NCBI RefSeq assembly: GCF_018350175.1
Contig: NC_058368.1
Coordinates: 210,244,001 to 210,308,000 of the forward strand
DNA from: Felis catus
Taxonomy: Eukaryota
Direction of reading: 5' to 3'
DNA: 64,000 bases
Below the pieces are notes generated by a model that was given only the letters and a program-made list of their open reading frames with translations, was not told where the DNA came from and ran no database searches. Every line of letters begins with the position of its first letter. Position 1 is the first letter of the stretch. This document shows, piece after piece, positions 12,266 to 24,735 of this stretch. The position numbers and the translations under genes are program-made.

Positions 12266-12734
12266 TTTTATTTATTTTTTAATATTTTTATTTTTTATTT
12301 TTTTATAATTTTTTTCTCATTTATTTATTTTTGAGAGACAGAACAAGACAGAGCGTGAGTGGGGGAGGGGCCGAAAGGGGAGGGGGGACACAGAATCTAA
12401 AGCAGGCCCCAGGCTGTCAGCAGAGAGCCTGATGCGGGGCTCAAATACACGGACCCTGTGATCATGACCTGAGCTGAAGTCAGATGCTTAACCGACTGAG
12501 CCACCCAGGCGCCCCAGTTTTTTCATGTTTTATTTATTTTTGAGAGAGCGAGCGAGTGAGCATGAGAGAGTCAAATGAGCATGAATAAGCGGGGGAGGGG
12601 CAGAGAGAGACAGAATCTGAAGCAGATGCCACACTGTCAACACAGAGCTGACCCGGGGCTTGAACCCACAAGTGGTGAGATCATGACCTGAGCTGAAGCC
12701 GGATGCTGAACTGACTGAGCCATCCAGGCGCCCC
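12266..12734 (-). mobile_element. Two tandem Can-SINEs (12266-12515 and 12518-12734)
   Basis: two complete heads, each ending gcgcccc. Confidence 0.92.
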
Positions 12735-12898
12735 TATGATGAACACTTTAAATAAGATATTTTATTTATATGTTAATAATGTTAAAGTATGGATTATAGT
12801 GAAAAGTGTGAATATTGTAATGTCTCATAAAATTGAAATCCTAATGTTTCTAAGATTTAAACAGGTTGTCTTGAAAAAATTTTTTTCATCACCTTCAG

Positions 12899-12977
12899 GA
12901 CCTGAGGCTTCAGGACCCCAGCTTTTGCCAGTGAGGGCACTAAATGAAGTCTTCATTGGGGAGAGTCTCTCATCCAG
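12899..12977 (+). CDS. NADK2: NADK2 coding exon (79 nt; probably exon 7) with the NAD-kinase NE motif
   Basis: ccttcag|GA...TCCAG|gtact; PEASGPQLLPVRALNEVFIGESLSS(R). Confidence 0.96.
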
Positions 12978-14642
12978 GTACTTTTAAACCTGTGATCTTG
13001 AGTTTGGAATTTAATGTTTTAGTATTTTTTAGATATTTATTCAATTTCTATAACTTAAGAATTATGAATAATTAAGGTGGTAGAAGTAATAGAAGTGAAT
13101 TATTAAATGAAATATTTCCAAAACCCTCTCACACATTTATAATAAGTGTTAAGGGGAAAGAAGGTTCTATGACCAAAAAAGTTTGTGAAACCCTAGATTA
13201 AACAAAAAGTTATTTGGGTCCTGTTACTGCAGAGCCTTTAATCTATCATGTAGGTGGCTTTATAAATGTTTAACAGAATGATATACTAGGCATACATTTG
13301 CAGTTGTTACAAACTTTTGTAGACAGTCCATATCACAACTTCCCTACTAATTATCTTAATAGTGTCCCTTAAGGTAGATTTGTTTGCTTATTTTTATCCA
13401 GGATCTAGTTAAGGATTATGCATTGCATTGGCCATCATGGCCCTTTAGAATTAAGAACAGTTCCTCAGTCCCACACTGTTTTTTCATTCATGACATTAAT
13501 ATTTTGGAATAGTCTAACCCAGTTGGTTTGTAGAATATCCCTTGTTTTAGATTTGTATGATTTTTTTCCTATGCATGATGAGATTCATGCTAAACATGTT
13601 GGGCAGGAATACTACTTGGTGCTAATTGTATCCCTTATGCAACATCATATGTCAAGTATATTGACAGTTTAAGATTTGTAACCATTATTAGCAAATATTA
13701 AGGTTAATAAAGTTCTTCATTAGTATAAAAATAATAGTATTTTATTACTGATGAAATCTGTTTTGTGGGTGTTGAGTATAACTTAGGCTTAAGTTGTCAG
13801 AATTTTGTTTCAAAACTTTTCGTGTGACATTAGTTACCAGTTGTAAAATGACTGCAATAATGTAACGTTAATTTAATTCTTCATTGTCATTTAGAACTTG
13901 CCTTTGCATTTTTCTAGATGTAAATGAATTAGGAGTGGAAAATTAGAGATGAATCTGTCCCACTTTGCTGCTACCAGAACCATGTGACCCTTTGAAGATC
14001 ATGTAGTTGATTCCCTAGTTTACTGAGAGTTCCATGTATTCTGGAATTCTGTTCGTTGTCCTGTCTTTTCATAAGAAGTTTAACTATGATGAGAAATGTT
14101 TGTCTTAATTAAAGAAGATATCTCTGTTTTAGCCAGTCATTAACTCATGTAGTACTGAAAAGAACAAAGCCTGATTCAGCAGCATGCTTTGGACAATCTT
14201 TTTTAGTTATAATTATTTTGATTAATGTAATTTTAAATTTATTCAGTAAAAATATATTGTGTACCTGCTATGTGTGACATGCGAGTCACTAGGGATCTTA
14301 TTTTTTTTGGAGCGTGGTAAAATATGTAATTTTTTAAAGTATTAAAAGTAAAAGTTATTCTTCAAAGGAATCCTAAACATACATTCTTTACAGAACATAA
14401 AGTGTAAATATATTTATTTTAACAGTGATAAGACTTACACTATACATAAGATTTTTTCTTTTGCTATATACCAAGTTTGAAGCAATATGGAAATGAATCA
14501 TGGATACTTTTATGTGATAAAGAAGGCAGAAAATGTATCTCTAATTAGTGATATAATTTAGTCATGATTACTAAAAACAGAAGGCAGAAAGCAACAACTT
14601 TAAATGAAATTGAAGAAATTTCTACATTAAATAGATGACAAA

Positions 14643-14978
14643 TGAAACCTTGCCATTTGTGACAGCACAGATGGACCTAGAGGGTTTTATGCTAAGTGAA
14701 ATAAGTCAGTTAGAGAAAGGCAATTACCATGTGATTTCACTCATAATGTGGATTTTAAGAAACAAAACAAATGAACAAATAGAAAAAAAAAGAAACAGAC
14801 TCTTAAATACAGAGAACAAACTGGTGGTTGCCAGAGGGGAGGGGTGGTGGGTGAAAGAGATAGAGGGGTTTAAGAGAGCGCTTGTCTTGATGAGCTCTGA
14901 GAGATGTATACAATTGTTGAATCATACGGTACATCTGAAACTAATAGAACACTGTTAATTATACCTGAATAAAAAAAT
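14643..14978 (+). mobile_element. 5'-truncated carnivore L1 (3' end)
   Basis: 13-bp TSD aatagatgacaaa (14630-14642 and 14979-14991); L1 3' UTR motifs. Confidence 0.9.
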
Positions 14979-15419
14979 AATAGATGACAAAGGTAAAAAT
15001 GTTTTGTAAGTTTATGTTTATCCTAGAGAAGCCATTTAATGGCTTATGTTATTCGGTTTGTATATTTTAAAAGTTGTAACTTCTGAGAGCTTCTACTAGT
15101 GTTGCTTTATAATTTGTACTTACTAAAAATTAAATAACTTATAAAAGGAGGAAAACTGGGATCAGTTGACAGACTTTTGGGAATTCAGTGAAGTCCCATT
15201 AGATTTTAGATTGAATGTTGTTTTCTGTGGCAGCAGTGATTTGGTTGGTTTATCTCCTAAATAATGTCTGATGCTGCTTCTTTTTGTGTTCTTTGAGCCT
15301 CACCTTATATCCTTACTAAGATCAGGAGAGCAGTGGGTTCGCTTCTGATGCTATTGAAAAAGTTCTCACTATTGGAGGTATTAGAACTTACTTTTAAAGA
15401 ATCTATGACATAGACCCTT

Positions 15420-15645
15420 AGCTGGAAAGGAAATGAACACTTACTGGATGCCTGCTGTGTGTCAGGCACTGTGTGTATTACCGCATTAAACTCTCATAGC
15501 AACCCTGTGAGAAAGGGTAGTTGTAATTATCAGTGAAAAAACTGAGATTTGAAGAGTTCAAATGACTTGTCCATGGTCATATAATTAATTAGTTAGCATT
15601 AGAACTGTCATATAAAACCCAGTATTTCTGATTCCAGGTCCTGTA
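15420..15645 (-). mobile_element. MIR
   Basis: core ...gaaaaaactgagatttgaagagttcaaatgacttgtccatggtcat; other MIR remnants at ~4530, ~19930 and ~60240. Confidence 0.65.
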
Positions 15646-15802
15646 CTGAGGCTTCACTATGCCCTGAAAACTTAAGTGCTTTGCTTGGAAAATATGAAGT
15701 GCAGCAATATTATTCCTGCCTCATTTATAATGTTCTTACATTTAAGAACATTTTAAAAGCCCAATTTCTTTTTTTTCTTTTCTCCTATTTGTTCTAACCT
15801 AG

Positions 15803-15868
15803 AATGTCTTATTCTTGGGCTGTAGCAGTGGAGAATTTAAGAAGAAGTATCCCCACTCTAAAGGGACT
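15803..15868 (+). CDS. NADK2: NADK2 alternative cassette exon (66 nt, phase 2-2)
   Basis: long pyrimidine tract then ctag|A...GGACT|gtgagt; in frame MSYSWAVAVENLRRSIPTLKG(L); resembles the insert I recall in mouse Nadk2 (MPYCWAVAVDNLRRDIPNLKGL). Confidence 0.85.
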
Positions 15869-17205
15869 GTGAGTTTTATTGCTGCCTTAAAAAAATAATT
15901 TCCCTGAAAAAAAATTTCTGAGTTGACTAATCTTGATAAACCTGCATGTGAGAATGACACTAAATTTGCTCATTGTTTTGGACTCAACACCTCTTACCTG
16001 ACTATACTTTTCTTCCTCTCCAGCTCTGCTTCTCTCCTGTCCCCACTTAACTCTAATCAATCTTTTGTTTCAGTGTGATTCTGGCATAATAGCAGCCATT
16101 CCTGTAGAGTTGACTGGCTTGTCTGAATGTAATAGGCTCCTAATATGCCTAAAATTCCCAACATTCTAGGAAAACATAACAAAGCTATGAAATAGATTAA
16201 ATGTGAATATTAGGCCTATCTTTTATGAAGAATGGTGACTTCAGAGAAAAAATGAAAAGGAGTTGTGCCATGTAAAACCTTTAAAGATTGAATTTGGCAG
16301 GAGAAATTGAAAGGGTTAAAATAAGAGATAATATTATCCATTGAATGTTAGTGTTTGCAAGCCTAATAATTGTCATTATTGGAAAAGCTATATTAAGAGT
16401 TTAACTTTTTTATCTGCTGGGCAAAAATAACCCAGTGTTGATCAATGACACCATTATTTTAAGATACAGTTTACAAAATAAGCTTTTACATGTTTCAAAA
16501 GTTTTTTTGAATAATTGCAAATTTGTATGTTCATACAGTTAAGGAATAGTGCCATTTTTTTCTGGTGTCAGAAAACCCATTTGATTTAATACTTATGAAA
16601 TACTGTAAGAAATAGAAATCTCTAAAGAAATTATAGTTTTAGTTTTATTCCTAGTTTTGCCCACTGATGCAGTACTGAGAATTTTCTTTAGAACTTTATC
16701 TCTCTTAGCCTACTATCAGTTCAAAAGGCACATTAACATGTAACTTAAAAAACACGAGTTGACCAGGAACTGTTGGTAACTTGAAGGATTAGATACAGAT
16801 TGGGATATATCAAGAACTATCTACCAAGAATGAAACTCACTTAAGAATGGTATTTTCTTTTTGAATTCTGAAATAAGGATCTGTATGTGTTAGAGTCCAT
16901 AAAAACAGTAGAAGCAATCATAGGTAAAAATTTATAAGGAGCCCTTGTTTGAAATGTTAAAATACTGATATAAAGGAGCATATGGATAGGAGAGGGATGC
17001 AGTTTTACAGATTATTTTTTTTTTTTTTTTTTACTTTTTCACTTAATCAGTATTGGTATTAGCATCATGGTGTGCGTGCCTAAGTCAGGTATGTCTGAGT
17101 CAAGCTGGCCCACTTAGAGTTCATTAGTTCTGAAGAAACGGTGTTTGTCTTATTTACCGTGAGCCATAAATTCAGCAAATCCAGTTTTATATTCTCAATT
17201 CTTAG

Positions 17206-17301
17206 GGCTTCCTACTATGAGATTTCAGTTGATGATGGTCCATGGGAAAAACAGAAGAGTTCAGGGCTCAATTTGTGTACTGGAACAGGATCAAAGGCCT
17301 G
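17206..17301 (+). CDS. NADK2: NADK2 coding exon (96 nt; probably exon 8)
   Basis: cttag|G...CCTG|gtgagt; ASYYEISVDDGPWEKQKSSGLNLCTGTGSKA(W). Confidence 0.97.
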
Positions 17302-17896
17302 GTGAGTACCTTGGGATGTTACTTATTGACTTTTGTGAAATATTTTAAGTAATGTAATTTACTCGATGCTGCATATCGGTGTATCTAAGGCCTCTGAAAC
17401 GCAAGAGGTAGCCTGGTGTTGTTATGTTGGTTGGCCCAGTTTCTGCTTTACTCATCAGTTGGCTCTAGAAGTCCTGCCTGGACTTCTTAGATTAGAGCTA
17501 TAGCCTGGATTTGGTCATTCTTTAGCCTGTTGCCCTAGGTTTGTAAAGAGAAAAAAGAAAATGTTTTGGGGGGACTGTATTGTTTTTAAATGAAAAATAT
17601 TTTAAATAATAGTAAAGAAATGAAAACAACTACAGTAACAACAACAAATGTCCTGGAGGTTTGTGCGTCAAAGGCTTAACGAGAGATAATTTGGGCTCCT
17701 GTATCTTGTTTACCCTATAACCTCTCTCTGGGTAATGGCTTCGCTTCTTGGTACACAGACACGGATGCCTCCAGACTTTTATCTGTAGCTATCTTGTTTC
17801 CTGAGCCCAAACTTCTGTTCTAAAATTACCTACTAAATAGAATGTTAATAGACCTTCAAATTCAACACATTCAAAACTAAATTTATTATCTTCAGG

Positions 17897-17922
17897 TTTT
17901 TTTTAAGGTTTTATTTATTTAT

Positions 17923-17964
<42 letters not shown>

Positions 17965-18114
17965 CAAGTGGAGGGGCAGAGAGAGAATCCCAAGCAGGCT
18001 CCACACTGTCAGCACAGAGCCCATGTGGGGCTTGAACTCAGGAACTGTGAGATCATGACCTGAGCCAAAATCAAGAATCGGACGCTTAACTAAGTGAGCC
18101 ACCCAGACGCCCCC
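17897..18114 (-). mobile_element. Can-SINE with (GA)n, inside an L2 remnant (~17800-19030)
   Basis: SINE head and tail are clear; the L2 is degenerate. Confidence 0.9.
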
Positions 18115-20128
18115 ATCTTTAGTTTTTCTTGCTGTGATCCCTGTATTGCTTAATAATATCACTGTTACTGTGAGTTCATGCTCTAGAGAAAAAACAGTAC
18201 TCCTTAAAACCTGGCTCTTACTTTTGAGTCTCCCTGTTCTCCTCTTTACATGTACTGGTCTCTGAATCCTGCCAGTCACGCTTCTGAAGTCCTTGCCCCT
18301 CTTTTTCAGTTTCTACTGCTGTGTGGTCTACTGCTCTATGCCACACTTCTGTTTCTGCAGTTTCTACTGCTGTTTGGTCCAGGCCCATCTTTTTAGTGAA
18401 TAATCTTTGTGCCTCACCCTTTATTCTTCAGGCTGTCGTCCATACTGCCAACAGAGTAATATTTCTAAAATGTAGATAAATTTGACTATTCCTTTCTGTG
18501 CTGTAAAAGCTTCATTGACTTCTGACTGTGTTCAGATTAGTCTGTGTGTAAGACCCTTTAAATAAGAAACTTCACCAGCCTATTGTTGCCTTACTCTAAC
18601 CCATTGGCACAATGGGGACACTGCAGGCTACTTGCAATTCTCAGCACAAGCCACATTGTCTCTGGGCTTTTTGTTTTTGCTCAGTGCAACTTCTTCCTGC
18701 ATTGAATGCCTGAACATTTTCCACTTTCCTTCCCCTGGCTGAAAAATCCAGTCTTCAAATGTCATTCTCTGTAGGAAATCTTTACTAGGACCTAGTTCTT
18801 TTCATCAGCATAATGAATCCCCTTTTGGTGCATCCCAAGCACTTTTTCGTAATAGCACTTTGACAGCACTTACCACATTATTAGTTCTCTAATTACCTAA
18901 ACCCAGCTGGTTTGAGCAACTTGAGGTATTTGGCATGGTGACTAGTGGTTTTTTTGTTTGTTTAATTTTTGCATGTATAGCACAGTACCTAATACATATT
19001 CTCTCATTTTTTTTTCAAATAAATGACTACATGCTTACAAATACAGCTAACAAACACAGTATTAATCTGTGATTTTAAGTTTGGATAGTTTAAAATGGAG
19101 TTTTACTTCCCATTTTTTCGGTGTTTTTAATACTTTTTATTGTGGAAAAACTTAAAGATCTGTAAGAGTAGGCAAAATAGTATAATCAATATCTGTGTAC
19201 CCATTAATCAGTTTCAACAATTATCAACACATGCCCAATCTTGTTTCCCCTTTGTCTTCTTTTGTCTCATAATACTTTGAAGTAATTTTCAGACATCACA
19301 GTTCATTCATAAGTACTTAGTAACTTCACATCTTTTAAAAATATCCTAGTCTTAGCCAAATAAACCTTTGGAGAAAAATGAGAAGTATCATTTTAAAATA
19401 TTGGTTAATATTTCATTTTCCTGAGGGGGGCCAGTGAGAACTACATGTCTAAAATGACTTTAACAGTAGTTTGCAAAAGTAATTTAATAATCTAAGATGC
19501 TATAAAATTATTTTGTAGCCCTCATAAAATGAAAACATTAGTTAATTGCTTTAATTTATCATAATATCTTTTCTGCTCAACATGATATGTTACTTGGTGA
19601 AAACTGGATTGAAAATCAGAAATGGTTTCCCAGATCCTTCTTCCCTTCTCCTAGGATTCTCACCGCCCCCTCACCCCCCCCTCCCCCACCGCGCCCCCAT
19701 CATGGGCAAAGCGGTATAATTGAAAAGAGTACTGGCCTGGAAGTTAGAGAGACCTGGCAAAATCACCAACTAGCTTTGTGATCTTGTACAAGTTTCCTTT
19801 TCTGAAAAATGAGGGGAAATGGAACAGATAAAATAAGATTATCTTCTGGACTGTGATTCTGTAGGTTCTGTTGTATGCAGTAAATACAAGCTATCAGTTA
19901 TTTAGCCCCTGTTACTTTGAATATACTGTGGTAGGTACTTTTTATACATTGACTATAATTCTTACAGAAATCCTGCAAGAAAGTGGTAGTATCCCTGTTT
20001 TATAAAGTAGAAATTGAGGCTTCACAAGGATAAACAATTTAGGGTGAGGTCAGAACTAATGTCAGAACCTGGATAAAAAAAGCTCAGGTGTGCTTGACTA
20101 AAAAGCCAGTGCTTTTTTGACTGCCAGC

Positions 20129-20338
20129 TTTTTAATGTTTATTTGAGAGAGACAGAGACAGAATGTGAGTGGGTTAGGGGCAGAGAGAGAGAGAGAGAGA
20201 GGGAGACAGAATCCGAAGTAGGCTCCAGGCTCTGAGCTGTCAGCACAGAGTCCGACGCGAGGCTCCAACTCACAAACCGTGAAATCATGACCTGAGCCAA
20301 AGTCGGGTGCTTAACTGATGGAGCCACCCAGGCGCCCC
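20129..20338 (-). mobile_element. Can-SINE
   Basis: TSD tgactgccagc. Confidence 0.93.
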
Positions 20339-20511
20339 TGACTGCCAGCGTTTAAATGCGGAGGGGGAGCTGTCTGTAGAAGCCGCTGGTTCAAAGATGT
20401 GTCACTAGGTTGTATTGAAAAATTATTAAGGTAAACTTGCTGATCTTAGTGAAACCGTGGTTATGCTAAACAGTGAATAGGCTTTTGACTTTTGCACTGG
20501 GGTGTGTGTGA

Positions 20512-20745
20512 TTTTATTTTTTTTTTATTAGAAAAATTTTTTTAATGTTAATTGATTTTTGAGAGAGAGAGACAGAGCATGAGCGGGGGAAGAGCAGAGA
20601 GAGAGAGAGAGACACAGAATCTGAAGCAGGTTCCAGGCTCTGAGCTGTTAGCGCAGAGCCCAGTATGGGGCTCGAACTCACAAACCACAAGATCATGACC
20701 TGAGCTGAAGTCAGATGCTTAACTGACTAGCCACCCAGGTGCCCC
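20512..20745 (-). mobile_element. Can-SINE
   Basis: complete head and tail. Confidence 0.92.
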
Positions 20746-21214
20746 TGATTTTGTTTTCAACCTTTCAGTAGTAAGAAGAGCATAAAGGATAAGAGCCATT
20801 AGGCTTGCTTGTAAAGCAGTCCTGCCCTCCATTGCCACACACCTTATAGTTGAGTCCTGTGTTCCCATTGGATGTGAATAAATGTGGCTTAGATTAGAAT
20901 TTCATTCATTTCTGTGTTGCTTAATAAAGTCTGATGTCTAGAACTCTGTCACTAACTATATCCTATCCCTGCCACCTTGATTACTCAGCCTCTTCTCTCT
21001 TCAGCCTATGTAGCTTGCTTGCTTCTAATGTTCTACCTTACTCCCTCCCATTGCTGATTGTTCTTTGCCTGTGATTGCGTTTTCCCATTCATCTTCTGTC
21101 CTTTTTCTCTTCAGAAAATGGAGGGAGGGAAGAGACGCCTAGGGGCCAGAAGGACTGAGGAAAGCTATACATTTCCATACATTAATAACTTTTATCAAAC
21201 TACTATTAACAAAA

Positions 21215-21851
21215 TTTTTTTTAACGTTTATTTATTTTTGAGAGAGTGTGAGCAGGGGAGGGGCAGAGAGAGAGAGGGAGACACAGAATACAGAGCCTGA
21301 TGTGGGGCTCCAACCAACAAACCATGAGATCATGACCTGAGCTGAAGTCAGATGCTCAACCAACTGAGCCACCCCGGTGCCCACCTCCCTTTTTAAAGTT
21401 TATTTTGAGAGACACTGAGACAGCACAAGTGGGCGAGGGGCAGAGAGACAGGGAGACAGAGAATCCCAAGCAGACTTCATGCTGTCACTGCAGAGCCCAA
21501 TGCGGGGCTCAAATCCACAAAACCATGAGATCATGACCTGAACCTAAACCAAGTCAGATGCTTAACTGACTGAACCATCCAGATGCCCCTTGAACTACCA
21601 TTTCTAAGCACTTTCTTTGAGCTAAATATGTTAAATTTTCAAAAATACTCTGGAAGTAGGTGATTAATTTTTAAAGTTTATTAATTTATTTTGAGAGAGA
21701 GCATGTGTGCGATTAGGGGAAGGGGCAGAGAGAGGAAGAGAGGGAATCCCAGGAAGGCTCTGCACTGATGTGGGGCTCAAACTCATGAACCATGAGATCA
21801 TGACCTGAGCTGAAATCAGGCGTTTAACTGACTGAGCCACCCAGGTGCCCC
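21215..21851 (-). mobile_element. Cluster of three Can-SINEs (21215-21382, 21390-21589, 21667-21851)
   Basis: three heads, all on the minus strand. Confidence 0.9.
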
Positions 21852-22014
21852 TGGAAATACGTGATTTTATTTTCGTTAATAGAGTAGTAAAGTCTCAGAA
21901 GTTTCCCAAAGCCATATGGCTAATAAATGGTGAAGACAGACTTTAAATTCTGTAGACCTTACGAATCACTGGAAAGAAAGGAATAGAATAGCTTATTTCT
22001 TTTACTCTTCTTTT

Positions 22015-23385
22015 TTTTTTTAATTTATTTTTTATTTTTTAAAATTTAAATCCAAATTAGCATATAGTGAAACAATGATTTCAGGAGTAGATTCCTTAAT
22101 GCCCCATACCCATTTAGCCCATTCCCCCTCCCACAACCCCTCCAGCAACCCTGTTTGTTCTCCATATTTATGAGTCTCTTCTGTCTTGTCCCCCTCCCTG
22201 TTTTTATATTCTTTTTGTTTCCCTTCCCTTATGTTCATCTGTTTTGTCTCTTAAAGTCCTCATATGAGTGAAGTCATATGATTTTTGTCCTTCTCTAATT
22301 TCACTTAGCATAATACCCTCCAGTTCCATCCACGTAGTTGCAAATGGCAAGATTTCATTCCTTTTGATTGCCGAGTAATACTCCTTTGTATATACTCCAC
22401 ATCTTCTTTATCCATTCATCCATCGATGGACATTTTGGGCTCTTTCCATACTTTGGCTATTGTTGATAGTGCTGCTATAAACATGGGGATGCATGTGTTC
22501 CTTTGAAACAGCACACCTGTGTCCCATGGATAAATGCCTAGTAGTGCAATTGCTGGGTCACAGGGTAGTTCTATTTTTAGTTTTTTGAGGAACCTCCATA
22601 CTGTTTTCCAGAGTGGCTACACCAGCTTGCATTGCCACCAACAATGCAAAAGAGATCCTCTTTCTCTGCATCCTCACCAACATCTGTTGTTGCCTGAGTT
22701 GTTAATGTTAGCCATTCTGACAGGTGTAAGGTGGTATCTCATTGTGGTTTTGATTTGTATTTCCCTGATGATGAGTGATGTTGTGCATTTTTTCATGTGT
22801 CGGTTGGCCATCTGGATGTCTTCCTTGGAGAAGTGTCTATTCATATCTTTTGCCTGTTTCTTCACTGGATTGTTTTTTGGGTGTTGAGTTTGATAAGTTC
22901 TTTATAGATTTTGGATACTAACCCTTTATCTGATACATCATTTGCAAATGTCTTCTCCCATTCTGTCGGTTTAGTTTTGCTGATTGTTTCCTTCACTGTG
23001 CAGAAGCTTTTTATTTTGATGAGGTCCCAATAGTTCATTTTTGTCTTTGTTTCCCTTGCCTCTGGAGATGTGTTGAGTAAGAAGTTGCTGTGGGCAAGAT
23101 CAAAGAGGTTTTTGCCTGCTTTCTCCTCGAGGATTTTGATGGCTTCCTGTCTTACACGGAGGTCTTTCATCCATTTTATTTTTGTGTATGGTGTAAGAAA
23201 GTGGTCCAGGTTCATTCTTTCTTATGTCGCTGTCCAGTTTTCCCAGCACCACTTGCTGAAGAGACTGTCTTTATTCCATTGGATATTCTTTCCTGCTTTG
23301 TCAAAGATGAGTTGGCCATACGTTTGTGGGTCCATTTCTGGATTCTGTTATGTTCCATTGATCTGAGTGTCTGTTCCTGTGCCAA
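22015..23385 (-). mobile_element. Felid L1 (L1_Fc-like), 5'-truncated, antisense in a NADK2 intron
   Basis: ORF2 C-terminal peptides ([22 protein letters not shown]); poly-T; 16-bp TSD cttttactcttctttt (21999-22014 and 23386-23401). Confidence 0.96.
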
Positions 23386-23861
23386 CTTTTACTCTTCTTT
23401 TAATTCTTGATACTAGGAGATAAAAGTTTTCCTATGTGACCCTCTCCTTGCTTTGACTATAAAATATGGAAATGTATGACTTTGGATAAGATAGTTGTTA
23501 TAACTGATAAACCCCCACTCAGTGACTTAACACAATAGAAGTTTATTTCTTGTTCTTATAAAGTTCAAGTGGGTGTTCCCAATTGGGAGGTGGGTTTCAA
23601 AGTGGTGACTCCAGGTATCCAGGCTCTTTGCATCATCTGCCTCAACCATCTTTTAAACATAGCTCTTGAAGTCACTCTACTCATTTAAATGAAGCCACAG
23701 AAGGAAGAAAAGCATGGAGAGTCAACTGTGGCAGGCTTATGAGACAGTCTTAGATATGTTGTCTATTACATCTACTCTCATTCCTGTAGCTAGAACTCAG
23801 TCACATGGATTTATGGCAAGAAAGGATGGAAAAGATAGTCTAACTATGCATGTATGCATGT

Positions 23862-23865
<4 letters not shown>

Positions 23866-23909
<44 letters not shown>
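23866..23909. repeat. (AC)22 microsatellite
   Basis: read directly. Confidence 0.97.
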
Positions 23910-23911
<2 letters not shown>

Positions 23912-24561
23912 AGGGTTTGGGGATTAGCTCTCCCATTTTGCACTTCCCAAAATTCCTCCACAGGATATAGGATGTAGGGGTTATGTTGCATAGCAGGTTG
24001 TCTCTGATTTGTCCCATTGTCATCTCAGTCCTCTTCCCAGCATGGAACACGATTTGCTACATTCACTGGGAGAAGTACTACTGAGCGCAATCACATATAT
24101 TTCTGTGTGTTTTTTTAAAAGACTTTTCCCAGTTCCCTTCCTTTACACATTCTGTTTTAGCTGACTTAATTAAGGGTAAGTGTTCTTAAGTGAAGAGAGA
24201 AAGCTTTACTAGCTAAAGAAGAGACAAGATTCAATTTGTCTTCAATTTGATTGTCTTTAGTGGAAGTTTTATCTGATTTCAAATGGAAACTCTTAGAATG
24301 GTAAAGGTTGTAGACCTAAGAATAAAGCCATCATGTGTTAGCTAATACCTGTTTAAGCATATAGTTTGTCTTTGATATAGAATATAAACCACTCCTAAAG
24401 GGAGAGTGAATTGGCTGAGATCCAGGTTACAACCATAGGAAATTCGTCTTAACCCCAATTCAGAGGACTTAGTTTGGGTTGGCTTATGATATCCCTAATA
24501 AATCATAATTCTAGGAATATTTGATCAAATCATAGAAGACTTTTGTTCTCTTAAGTCTTCA

Positions 24562-24735
24562 AGGGTCACCTGGGTGGCCCAGTTGGTTGAGTGTCTGACT
24601 ATCGAATTCGGCTCAAGTCATGATCTCACGGTTTGTGGTTTCAAGCCTCACGGTGCCTCCTTAGGATTTGCTCTCTACCTCTCTGCTCCTCGTGGGCTCA
24701 TGTGCTCGCTCTCAAAATAAAAAAAACTTAAAAAT
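24562..24735 (+). mobile_element. Can-SINE (older)
   Basis: flanked by ttaagtcttca/ttaaatcttca. Confidence 0.85.

Noticed and set aside
12855..12898. Upstream AG (aaacag, 12864) and an ORF extending NADK2 exon 7 at its 5' end
   Set aside because: 34 nt upstream, so out of frame, and lacks a pyrimidine tract; the ORF extension is intronic
19660..19700. C-rich tracts (also 1056-1084) able to form G-quadruplexes on the minus strand
   Set aside because: Common low-complexity motif with no supporting context
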